Shown here piece by piece: positions 1-10,184 of a stretch of DNA of 34,771 bases. The position numbers and the translations under genes were made by a program. The first letter of the stretch is position 1; the number at the start of each line of letters is the position of its first letter. The DNA is from Sphacelaria rigidula (taxonomy: Eukaryota). The notes below the pieces were generated by a model. That model was not told the DNA's origin, ran no database searches, and worked only from the letters and a program-made list of their open reading frames with translations. The DNA lies in contig CAXNAA020000024.1 of the NCBI GenBank assembly GCA_964200075.2, positions 1 to 34,771 of the forward strand. Direction: 5' to 3'.

Positions 1-219
1 TTTCCCTTATATTACCCCCCTCAACAAAGGGGGGGAAATGATGGTTTCGGTCAGCGCTGTAAGCTCACAGAGTCGGTTAAATGCGCTGAAAAAGTCTGTA
101 CGCGATCGAGGGGCATTAGGTAAACAAAAACGTCAATGGGCACCATCGCTGAAAGTGTGGGGAAAGCATTGTTTTAGGCTTGAACCTCATCTCGGAGTTA
201 AACCTCAATTCGCACAATT

Positions 220-460
220 TGTTGTTACTGAGTGAACATGCACATGTGCGAATAGATTAATGTGGACGTACGGGTACTGGTAGTCGAGTGTGTGTGACTA
301 ATTCACCCTGCTCACGGCAGCTACGACGCTTCCTGCTGAGCACACTTAACATCTGATCCCTCAGTCATAGGGTCGACTCAGTCTAGGCACTCTCCAATAA
401 TACAAAACATCAAACTATCTATCCTTCGCCACGGGCCACGGATTACACTAGTGTTACAAC
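220..460 (+). repeat. 5' LTR of copia A
   Basis: Starts TGTTG and ends ...TTACAAC. Aligns with 4307-4546 with about 16 substitutions plus two indels. Followed by CGGTTGGGC, a possible decayed GGTTATGGGC-type PBS. Confidence 0.9.
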
Positions 461-464
461 CGGT

Positions 465-1690
465 TGGGCAAAATGGCGGACAAGGTGGTAGGCCTGCGAC
501 AGTATTGGGTGAGCAGGGTGTTACAGAGCAGTTGCAGGAAGTATGTAGTCCGGTCAGTTCCTTGGTTCAGCTCATGCGTGATATGCTGCTAAGCCAAGCT
601 ACATTACAGAGTAACATGGACCGTATGAGGACAAAAAGAGAGGCCGGATGCGCAGGAAACAACGGTGCCCTCGAAAGTGAAGGTTCCCATAGCCAACAGG
701 GGGAATTGAACGTAATAGAACAGTAGAGCGACGCGGTACTGGAGTTCGAAGGGAGCGACGGTACATCGGGAGCCAAGCTGTTTCAGAGGACGGAGCGCGC
801 GACGCAATGTACAACGAGGCCACCAGTGACGAAGCTAGGGGCTTTCTCCCCGCACGTGAGTCAATCCAAATAAATGATACAAGTGGAAATGATTCAGGGA
901 TTCCCGCTTTTCGACAGAACGTCCTCCCAAAAGTTTCAGGGAAGAGCGTTGATTGTGCTCGGTACAGGCATGAGCTGGTCAACTTCGCAAGGGGCGAAGG
1001 AATTGACTGGGTGTTCATCATGGCCGGCAATAGTTCTTACGATGTAGATGTCGGTAATCCTGAGATAGCGATGAGGTATCTGGAGAGCAGACACGGAAAG
1101 GAAGGACACAGTGGCAGCCAACGTAAGGGCCAGACGAATGCTTGTAGCTAGTTTAGAAGGATGAAGGGAGCAAGATATTTTGCTTAGAACCCACTCACCT
1201 GCTGCGGTTTGGAAAAAACTCGAGGATGTCTTTCGCCCCAAAACAAATGGAACGAGAACCGCTTTATTGGAAAAGTTCGATGGAGTCTAGATTGGTGTCC
1301 TTGATGATCAAGAGCAGAAGCTGCTCGAGATGGAGGAACTTGCACGTAACCTGAATTAATACGAGGAGCATGAACGACTAAGAAAAAATCATATTCTTTT
1401 GAAATTTCTCAACGCGTTGCCTTTCGAGTATCACATTCAGAAGCAATAATTGCTCGAGGATCGAGAGGGACCGCTGACGAGAGGTTGTGTTGACTTCGAT
1501 CCGAAAGCGCTTCGAATCAACATCTTTGAAGCAGGGACTTGCCCGGGCACGGAAGTCATCCCGGGGCGACCAGGCTCTCCTTGCCAGGGGTGGGACCGGG
1601 AGCCAGAGTTCGAGTAGCTCTGGGTCGGCATCGTCGGACGGCAAACCAGCGACTTGGCAGCTGCTCCGCTGCCACATTTGCAAGCGATCC
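465..1690 (+). pseudogene. gag: copia gag remnant, frameshifted, ending in a truncated zinc knuckle (CHICKR)
   Basis: Lies directly after the LTR. ORF pieces 451-726, 807-1151 and 1487-1708; segments such as SPAAVWKKLEDVFRPK; CxxC at ~1670. Confidence 0.75.
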
Positions 1691-2479
1691 AGACGCCGGG
1701 CGAGCTGAAGGATTCCAGGGTCGATGAAGGCCAGGATGTGGATGAAGACAGGACGGAAAGCTCGATAGTGGACACTTCGCCCAGCGGTTCCTCAAGCGCG
1801 CCGTCCTCCCCGCCGAGTTCCGTTGGGGGGTGGGGCGGAGCAGCACCGCAGATCACTGGAGGGGGTGAAGTGCCTCCACCGTCCCCCCGAGGGGGGGGGG
1901 GGGGCGGGGAGAGACCAGATCCCCGTTCCAGATTTTGTCAACGGAGGGGGTGAGGTGGAGCCGGAATCATCATCATCATCAACGCTAACATCAGCACAGA
2001 CGCCGACACCTACGCCGACGCTCACATCGGCATCGGACACTGCCTCATCGCCCGCACTGTCATCCTCTTCCACGCGTCCCTCGCAAGATGGTGGGAGGGG
2101 CGACGGCGCTTCTCAACTCCCGAGGACCGAGCAACGCCGGCTTGCGTGGACTGACCGGGTACCAACACCAAGGGTGGGGCGTACGAGTAGCCAAACTCGC
2201 GAGGCAATGGGGTCGGTGCACGCACGAGACGACACGCTGGTGGCTGGCGGAGCGGAGGAAAGCAAGAAGGGAGCCGAGATGGCGCTGGCGGGAATGGCGG
2301 AGGACAATTGCTCAACCATGGAGCTGATCACCGCGGCAGCAGGACAGGTGGCTGGGCAAGACGCAATCGTTTCGACTCAACACGAGTTAGCTGAAAACGA
2401 GTTGTTTCCTTTTGTTGCTGAGGAAAACAGGGTAGGGCAGACTAAATTCGGTTTGCGTTCACCGGTTGGTCTACACGTG

Positions 2480-3990
2480 AGCGAAATAGAGGCAGCACGA
2501 ACCAGTATCGACGACATTGCCAAGTCAGAATTTCGAGAGGCATGGTTGGGCGCGATGCAGGCCGAGCTCGGAGGTCACGAAAAGGCTGGAACATTTTCGG
2601 CTGGCCCTGTACCGGAAGCAGCAAACGTGATTTCAGCGAAGTGGGTTTTTAGTTGGAAGACCGACGCAGATAGTACTGTAACCAAGGCAAAGGCAAGGTT
2701 GGTAGCGCGAGGTTTTGGACGACGTTTTGTAGTCGACTATTTCGAGATGTTCGCGGCAACGCCCTCCATGGCCTCCATCAAACTGGTCATGGCAGTGGCA
2801 GTTCAGGAAGAGTGGCCGCTGTACTATTTTGATGTGACACAGGCTTTTGTTCAAGCAGAAATGGATACTGGAGTGTACATGAGATTGCCTGAAGGATGCT
2901 CCGTTCTGACAGCTGTGATCGTGAAGCTTGAAAAACTATTTGACGGGATCAAGTAAGCGGGCAGGCAGTGGTTTCGTCTTCTGTGTAAAAGTTTACTGGA
3001 GGATGTCGGGACAATGCAGTGTGTAGCTGATCCTTGTGTTTTCAAGATGGATGATGCAGGGGACGTGCGTGTGATATTAGTTGTCCATGTGGACGACATC
3101 CTTATCAGTGGTCCTGAGGAATATGTAGGAGAGGTGGGCAAAGCCCTCAACAAAAAGTTCCCCACGAACAATCTCGGAGAGGTAAGCTGGTACATGGGGT
3201 GCGCAGTGGATGGAGACTGGGATAGAGGCACGCCGTCTGTAACGCAAACCACGTTCACGGACACGCTCCTGAAGCGTTTTGAGGTGAGGGGGTACTAGGA
3301 AATCCCTGCCTCTGTTTCTGTAAAGTTTGGACCGACAATGGGCGAAGACAAAAATGTGAATCGCCCATACCCGTAACGCAGTGGGGGGGTTGATGTGGCT
3401 GACAACAGTCACCAGACCCGACATCGCGAATTCGGTACTGGGAAGCTGTTATGACAGTGTTGAAGTACCTAAACGAGACGAAGGGCTTTGGACTTACGTT
3501 CAAGAAAGCTCATGATGGGCTTTCAGTCTACTGTGATGCAGATTACGCCAAGAAGGAAACGGATAGGAGTTCGGTTTCAGGGGTAGCCGTGATGTACGGT
3601 GGTGTGGTAGTGTCGGGAACGAGCCGCACGCAACACTGCGTAACTCTGTTATCTACAGAGGCAGAGTATGTTGCCATGGCGGAGGGGGCAAAGAAGGGAT
3701 TGTTTGTGAAGGCAGTGTTGACGTTCTTGCGACCGCAGACTGTGTCGGGAAGCGGGGGAAACCAAGGTACTCTTCTGTACGAGGACAACGAGGGAGCAAT
3801 AGCTCTGGCCGAAACCCCTCTCAGTTCCGAGAGGAGTAAGCACATAGACGTGAGATATCACTTCATTCGAGAGCTGGCGGGGACGGCAAAGGTCCGGGTT
3901 GTACATGTAGGCTCAGGATGGCAGCATGCAGATATTTTGACGAAGCCTCTTTCGATCAGCCTGTTTACGAGGCACAGACGTTTTTTATGA
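2480..3990 (+). pseudogene. pol: copia pol: reverse transcriptase (RVT_2 type) plus RNase H, with in-frame stops and frameshifts
   Basis: RT motifs AKWVF, KAKARLVARGF, FDVTQAF, DPCVF, VHVDDILI; RNase H motifs YCDADYA, STEAEYVA, YEDNEGAI, RSKHIDVRYHFIRE, ADILTKPL. Confidence 0.97.
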
Positions 3991-4298
3991 ACTTGGAAGG
4001 TGACAAGTAGGTACGTTTTTTGTGTGTTCCATTGTGCTCGTGCCGGGTATTTTTAGATCTTCAGGTGATGCATTTATGCGCATTTTGAGTTAAGTCACCC
4101 ACGCTATTTTGAGGGGCATGGTTTCTGTAGGGCGTTTCCTGATATGTCGTGTATCTGCCTTGACCGACGTCCATGGATTATGTAGATGGAGCAAAAGCTG
4201 TTGAGGGGAGGGGGTTTTCGCCCGGATGGCCGGTTTCCCCCTTGAAACCTTTTTTGTTTTTGAGAGAGAGGAAGCCACAACGACTGATATACCGGTTC

Positions 4299-4306
4299 AG
4301 AGGGGG
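4299..4306 (+). other. polypurine tract of copia A
   Basis: AGAGGGGG immediately 5' of the TGTTG that starts the 3' LTR. Confidence 0.75.
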
Positions 4307-4546
4307 TGTTGATGTAAACAGGTACACTGAGTGAACATGCACATGTGCGGATAGATTAACGCGAACGTACGGGTACTGGTGGTCGAGTGCATGTGACTAC
4401 GGCACCTTGCTCACGGCAGCTACGACGCTGCCTGCTGGGCACACTCAACATCTGATCCCTCAGTCATAGGGTCGACTCCGTCTAGGCTAGGCACTCTCCA
4501 ATAATACAAAACATGAAACTATCTATCCTTCGCCACGGGCCACGGA
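4307..4546 (+). repeat. 3' LTR of copia A, last ~15 bp missing
   Basis: Direct repeat of 220-442; homology stops at CCACGGA, before the terminal CA. Confidence 0.9.
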
Positions 4547-4555
4547 ATATGCCAC

Positions 4556-4683
4556 AGCACGCACACCCACAGCACAGCTTACATGGACACATGCACTGAC
4601 GAACCACCACTAGCTAGCCGCAAAAGCAACAGCAGAAGCAGTACTGTAGTACGGAAACTGCCGTTGAACGTATTGCACATGCT
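4556..4683. repeat. ~128-bp direct repeat, copy 1
   Basis: AGCACGCACACCCAC...GAACCACCACTAGCTAGCCGCAAAAGCAACAGCAG...CCGTTGAACGTA recurs at 5564-5691. Confidence 0.85.
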
Positions 4684-5563
4684 TCACTGTTACGGATCGC
4701 GGCATACATGGAGGAAGGGCAGTACAATGATGGGCCCATCTAATCTAATGGAATAGTCCCGGAGGGCTGACTGCGGAAACTGGCAATGTGCCGCAGTCAG
4801 GGGGGATGATGTTTGAGCCCGTACGAAGACGATTGCATAAACATGCCTCTTTACACCCGGCTTGAACTCGGTTCTTTCAGAATCGGTGAAAGCCGGCCCC
4901 CTGGTTTTTACTCCTATGGAAGGGAACGAAGTGGCCTGAGACATGAGAATCAAAACCACCACTGCAGAAGAGAAATACCATCGCCTGAAGCTGAGATCAG
5001 GATACCCTGACATTCAGGACGAGCTGTTCCTTGTTAAAGTGATCATCCCTTGTGCTGGAAAACTGTTTTGCCCTGCGATAAATGGTGAGCGAGTACGTAC
5101 AAATCATTGCATACTGTATTGTACATGGATGGATATCCCGCATGTTTGGTTGAAGTAGGAAATTTCACTTCATGCCCCGACTTGAGAAGATCCGTCATCA
5201 CAGTTCTTGAGCAGCGATCATGGTAACCACAACAATTGAGGCAGTAGTAAAAACGAACTAGTGATACGGACGAGACGGAGAGGTGCCACACTATTTTGTC
5301 CATATCTTCACGCACCCACCAAAAGTACAGCACAAACTATTCAACATTGTACAGACAGTGGTAGAGCGCAATATTCTCTGTAGTGTAAATAACAGTGCCC
5401 TCGCAGCCATACTGCTCCAGCAAGCAAGCACATTGCAGTTTTATTCAGCAACACTCCAACTCCCTTGCGCATCAGCCCGTCTGTTGATATCCACCTGCGC
5501 ACAACAAAGGCGGCACACCATTTTTGAACGCACTCACCTAAACCAGAGCAGGCATATAGGCGT

Positions 5564-5691
5564 AGCACGCACACCCACAACACAGCTCACACGCACACAT
5601 ACACTGATGAACCACCACTAGCTAGCCGCAAAAGCAACAGCAGCAGCAGTACCGTAGTACGGAGACCGCCGTTGAACGTATCGCACACGCT
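5564..5691. repeat. ~128-bp direct repeat, copy 2
   Basis: Matches 4556-4683 with scattered substitutions. Confidence 0.85.
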
Positions 5692-6392
5692 GCGCGCGCC
5701 TAGCAGGCAAATGAACCATCACGTACTCTTGTGTGTCTGAATCAATCGATGTGTGTTCGGATCAAATGTGTGTAGTGAAGGTATATTCTATATTCCGGGT
5801 GTGTTCTCCGTTGTCCCTCTGTCCTTCGTGGCGTTCATTGTGTTGGTGTTTTGGTGGTCGGGGACAACAAGAGCAGTCTTGAAAACCCTTTCGATGGCGA
5901 CATCAGCAAATCATCTGCTGTCGTCCTGATGGCACAAGTTACCTGTGCTCACGGCACGGCTTTCAGAGCAGTAGATGCCACCGTCCCGCACAGTATTGTC
6001 TGTATAGCATACAGCACAATCTACTACTACTTACTGTCCGGCTGTGGGCAATGCTACGCGGTACTCTCTGTACTAACTACTAAACACAGTTGATCCAAGG
6101 ACACAACAACTGATCCAAACAACCGGAAAATCGAAGATGCACCGGGACATAATCCGCTTAATTAAATTAACGGGCGAAGCCCACATCACGAGCCAAACCT
6201 CCTACACACAGATTACGGTAACCCAAAGTGAGTCGGCAGAAGCGCGACTGTGGCCGAGTGTTCAAACTCGGCACTGGCCCAAATATTGAAGACCTGCACC
6301 CTTTGCGAATGTTGCTGTATCACTACAACACCATACTATATGCCTGGACATTCAAAGCAATATGTGCCTGCCATGTACCAGTACTGTTGGGA

Positions 6393-6893
6393 ATGTGCTG
6401 TGCTGATTGTAGTAAATAATAGAGGGTGTTGACCTCCGTGATGTGCACTTCAATTCTGATTTTGTATGTGACGTGCCTCTCAGCAATGTACTGAATTGAT
6501 TAATGACTGACCGTATGTGAACGAAGTGATGCAGTGACAGCACAATTGATGCCGGCACAACGCGGTGCATTGGGCACTGTAACACTTCGTAACAACGGTG
6601 GTATCAACACGGCAGGTTGATTGTCTGGCACATCGAGTAAGGCTGATGTGCTGTGCTGGTTGTAGTATGTAATAGAGGGTGTTGAACCCCGTGATGTCCG
6701 ATTGAATTTGATGTCGAACATGAAGTGCCTGAGTACAATGTACTAAGGTGATCTATTACTGACTGTATGCGAATGAAGTGATGCAGTGTCAACACGGTGC
6801 ATTCGGCACCGCAATGCTCTGTAACGACGGTTCTATTGACACTGCATAATGATCGCCCGGCATGCTGAGCAAGGGTGATGTGCTGTGCTGGTT
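6393..6893. repeat. diverged tandem repeat, ~230-250-bp unit, about 2 copies
   Basis: ATGTGCTGTGCTG at 6393, 6646 and 6878; TAATAGAGGGTGTTGA and GAAGTGATGCAGTG are repeated in register. Confidence 0.8.
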
Positions 6894-7648
6894 TCGTCCC
6901 ATTCTGTCGTTATGATAATCAATATTTCGTCGTGTTTTACTGTCGACACCCCCAACCTGAGGTTAACATTTCCCCATGCGACATGTCATGTAGGATTGCG
7001 CACGGAAAAGCGTACTTTTGTGTTGAGCACTGGTTCATATACGGGCAGATTGAGTTTGAGTGTATGATTGACCACCCCTACTTAGGTCCGGGGGGCGATG
7101 ATACTTACGATTTTGCTATTATGCATGTTACTGCTGTAGTGCCCCCGGACAATATCCCCCTGCGAGTTTGATGACTTGAGAAGGTTATATGTCCGCACCA
7201 TCGCGGGTGAGACATGTTCATGTGATGTAGTACCTTACATATTTCCACGTATGACAGTACAGTAGTACATGTTTTACAGTTGTGTTATGATGTAAGAGTG
7301 TTATGCGTGTTGAAAACGATGCTCAAACTACGCGGCATGTTGATTTTTGTGTACAACCTACTGCAGAGAGCTGTGTTTCATGTATCACGGTCGACACTAT
7401 TTTTTCCACGGACTGGTTTGCTTTTGACCAAATTGCCCCCGCAATGTTTTTGTGCTGTGCTGTGCTGTCCAACATATATATTTATATGTGCTGCACAGAA
7501 ATTTTATTTCACATGAATAGGCTTCTTCGCATGTAAATCCGAGGACGAATGAAGGAGGATTTATTGGCCATGGTCATGCGCTGTTGTAGTAGACACCACA
7601 GTACAGTAGTGCGGTATCGTGTGAACGTTCGTGGATCGATGTGACTAC

Positions 7649-7889
7649 TGTGACGAAATCACGCCGTCGCGTTGAGTATATAGTGGATCCTGGATGATGA
7701 CCAGGGGACAAGGGCATCCTGTGCATGATGACCCTTGCTGTGTAGCCCATGCTTGACGGTACGGGCGGCAGTTGTTTACTCCTGACTAATGGAATGTTGT
7801 AAAGGCTGACAACTGAAACTGAGGCCAGTAAGACTGGGGAGTCCCTCAACAGCAGTGATCCAACAGTGCTTCCACTGGCTGGCGTCACA
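7649..7889 (+). repeat. 5' LTR of gypsy B
   Basis: 7-bp terminal inverted repeat; 11 mismatches in 241 bp against 12245-12485. Confidence 0.97.
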
Positions 7890-7992
7890 GTATCGATATT
7901 AGCGCTAGTGCTAGTGAGTGCCAGAAATCTGCTGAAGAAGATTTCGGCGGAGTGAGTCTGGCAGCTGGGGACAACCTGACATGAAGGACGCA

Positions 7993-8661
7993 TGTGAATT
8001 GATAAGGGGTGAAGCACCTTGTGGAGGGTGTAACGGTGTTTATCACGATTGCTCCCGGTTCAGACCTCAGTGGACGTTGTTTGTTTACTCAGCTCAGCAG
8101 CGCGGGCTGACCACAGTCGCTCTCATGTATTTCACACAAGGAGACAACAAGCAAATACAGACCAGAATAGAGCCGTTTTACCACGCAATTGATTGCATCC
8201 AACTTCATCTACAGAACAGGGAGATACAACACAAACGGAAACAAGGCGAAAAATCAATAAAACACACCAGACAAAACAGCAGTCCGACTACTGCTCTTAT
8301 CTCTGGGACTCACTTTCTCGCGGTTTGTAGATACTCCAATGGGGGACTGTTGAATCGCAGCCAAAAGCCGAGAATGAAGATAGAGTGAGCTCGTTGGGGC
8401 TACTTACAGCTTCAAACGTGTTTCGCCGCCCTTAATCATCATAAACTGAGGTCATACAATAAAATTCAAGAGCCGGGCTCCTCAATACATGCCATGGTTG
8501 GGTCTCTACCTTTTCTCTCTCCGAATTCAAATACATCCTCTCCGTAAAACGTCAACCCATCGGGTAGCCAATTTCCCGCTATTTGAATATGAAAGTGTCC
8601 ATCATTCAATGTCACTTTTGTCCAAGATCATGGCTACGTCCTGCAGTCACATCATATCACA
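7993..8661. mobile_element. probable solo LTR nested in the 5' leader of gypsy B
   Basis: 669 bp bounded by TGTGA...TCACA; flanks CGCA/CGCC (3 of 4 match); non-coding, with AATAAA motifs and a composition distinct from the flanks. Confidence 0.5.
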
Positions 8662-8867
8662 CGCCTGACAGGAGTTCAAGCTGGTGGTGGCTGCAGAAAG
8701 GCGGCTGGCCTGTGATTGATCCAGACTGGAGACTTGCTGAAGCTGCGTGCAGCGGGAGTTTGGAGGCTCCTACGTCTGTGTGGTGTGGCGACAAAGCAAG
8801 GAAAGTGCAATTCGCGAAGGGCCGCTAGCCTGCAGAGGATCGCGGGTAGCCGGTTACAGCTGCAGCT

Positions 8868-10143
8868 ATGGCTACTGACTCAAAACGTACGTCTACAGTG
8901 ACACCCGTGGTCATGCGGGAAGAATTGCGACCTCCCCAATACGGGGACAGGTACTCAGAAAGTACATCTCGCACTTTTTATACAAAATACTTGGAGTACA
9001 AGAGACGTGTGGAGCACGCTAATGCAGGGGTGCCGTGCGGCATCAGGTAGTGACCAAAGCTCAACAAGTACCGACTCATGTACAGAGAGTGATCGCTCGT
9101 TTGAAACATAACGGGAGCACCATCACATCGCCGCGATTGGTTGCGGCGATCAAAAAGCATGCAGGGCATGCGGCGGGCGCCGAGGTAGATCTGACCCAAG
9201 CGTCCGCGGCCGTGGCGAAAGCTGTCGCAATGGATTCTCCGGGGAAAACGATGTTGGAGCGTGTGGAGCCCATCTTGGCTAATTTGGACAAGTACTTCAC
9301 GGAAAATCCTAACGTAGAACTAGTATATCGCTCCCCCGCTGGTGAGTTAATTCCAGGCCCGGCAGCAGTATTCACTGAGGCTATGGTGGAGGGGTTGGCA
9401 CCGGAAAATTTCGAGCAAGCCGTGCTTGTCAAGCTGTAGCACCAATCAGGTTGGAAGGACGACCCGTACCTGGTGATGAGCACCGTCGTGGCCGAGGCCA
9501 AGGGGTGGCGGAAAATAGAGGTGTTCGGCCAGTCGTACATCTCTTCGCCGAGATCTTTGCGCAACCATGGCTCGAAATCGGCTGGTCGCGCCGCGAGTAT
9601 TAATTGCCACCGCTGTGGCCAGGTCGGCCATTACGCGCGCGATTGCCCAACGTCTTCCGGTGGAGAGTCTGGGCAGTCTTGTGCCGCGCGCCATCAGCAT
9701 CGTCAGCACAAGGGCAAGATACCAGGTAATCGTGGTGGCGGCGACGGATCCTCCGACGATGGAGAGTCACAGGCGAGCCCTCAGCAGCAGCCGCAGCAGC
9801 AGCAGAATCAGCAGCAGCAGCGGCAGCGGCGTCAGCATGGGTCTGGCTCTGGGTCCGGCGCCGCCGTAGGTGCTGTTACTCCGCAGCGCAGGTGGGCCCG
9901 ACTTCTACAGAGTCGAACACTGCGCCGGCGCCGGCGGAGGTGGCGCCGGCGGCGACACCGGCAGCAGCGCCAGGCGCGATGCCTATTGACGTGTTGGTCG
10001 GAGGGTCGCCAAATTCTTGGTTTGCTGGCTGGGGGGCGTACCCGCCTGCGGTGCCGTTTGAACCTGCTGGGGCGTCTTCGCCTGCGCAGCTTGCGCAGCC
10101 GTGGCGCCAAGTAGGATTGGTGGCGCATAGGTCAGCAGAATAA
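8868..10143 (+). pseudogene. gag: gypsy gag with CCHC zinc knuckle, disrupted
   Basis: ORF pieces 8868-9050, 9035-9439 and 9473-; CHRCGQVGHYARDC; CAG/poly-Q tract; homologous to the gag of element D. Confidence 0.88.
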
Positions 10144-10184
10144 GTTCCCGTGGAGCTTGCCGACAGATACATTCCGGCGGAGTT

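Larger units (their letters stand above)
220..4546 (+). mobile_element. Ty1/copia LTR retrotransposon A, defective (protease and integrase deleted)
   Basis: Paired LTRs at 220-460 and 4307-4546; purine tract AGAGGGGG before the 3' LTR; gag remnant followed by copia-type RT and RNase H motifs with stops and frameshifts. Confidence 0.95.

Noticed and set aside
15-34. CCCCCCT/AGGGGGG inverted repeat
   Set aside because: Low-complexity, at the window edge, with no supporting context.
6253-6272. GCCGAGT/ACTCGGC hairpin as a Helitron 3' end or terminator
   Set aside because: No correctly spaced CTRR|T end and no U-tract.
7574-8017. 147-aa ORF sharing a peptide with ORF 11807-12517
   Set aside because: Both are antisense translations of the duplicated gypsy B LTR.
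7975-8670. CCTGACA as a 7-bp TSD
   Set aside because: No TIR or tail inside it; the TGTGA...TCACA solo-LTR reading fits better, though it is unproven.
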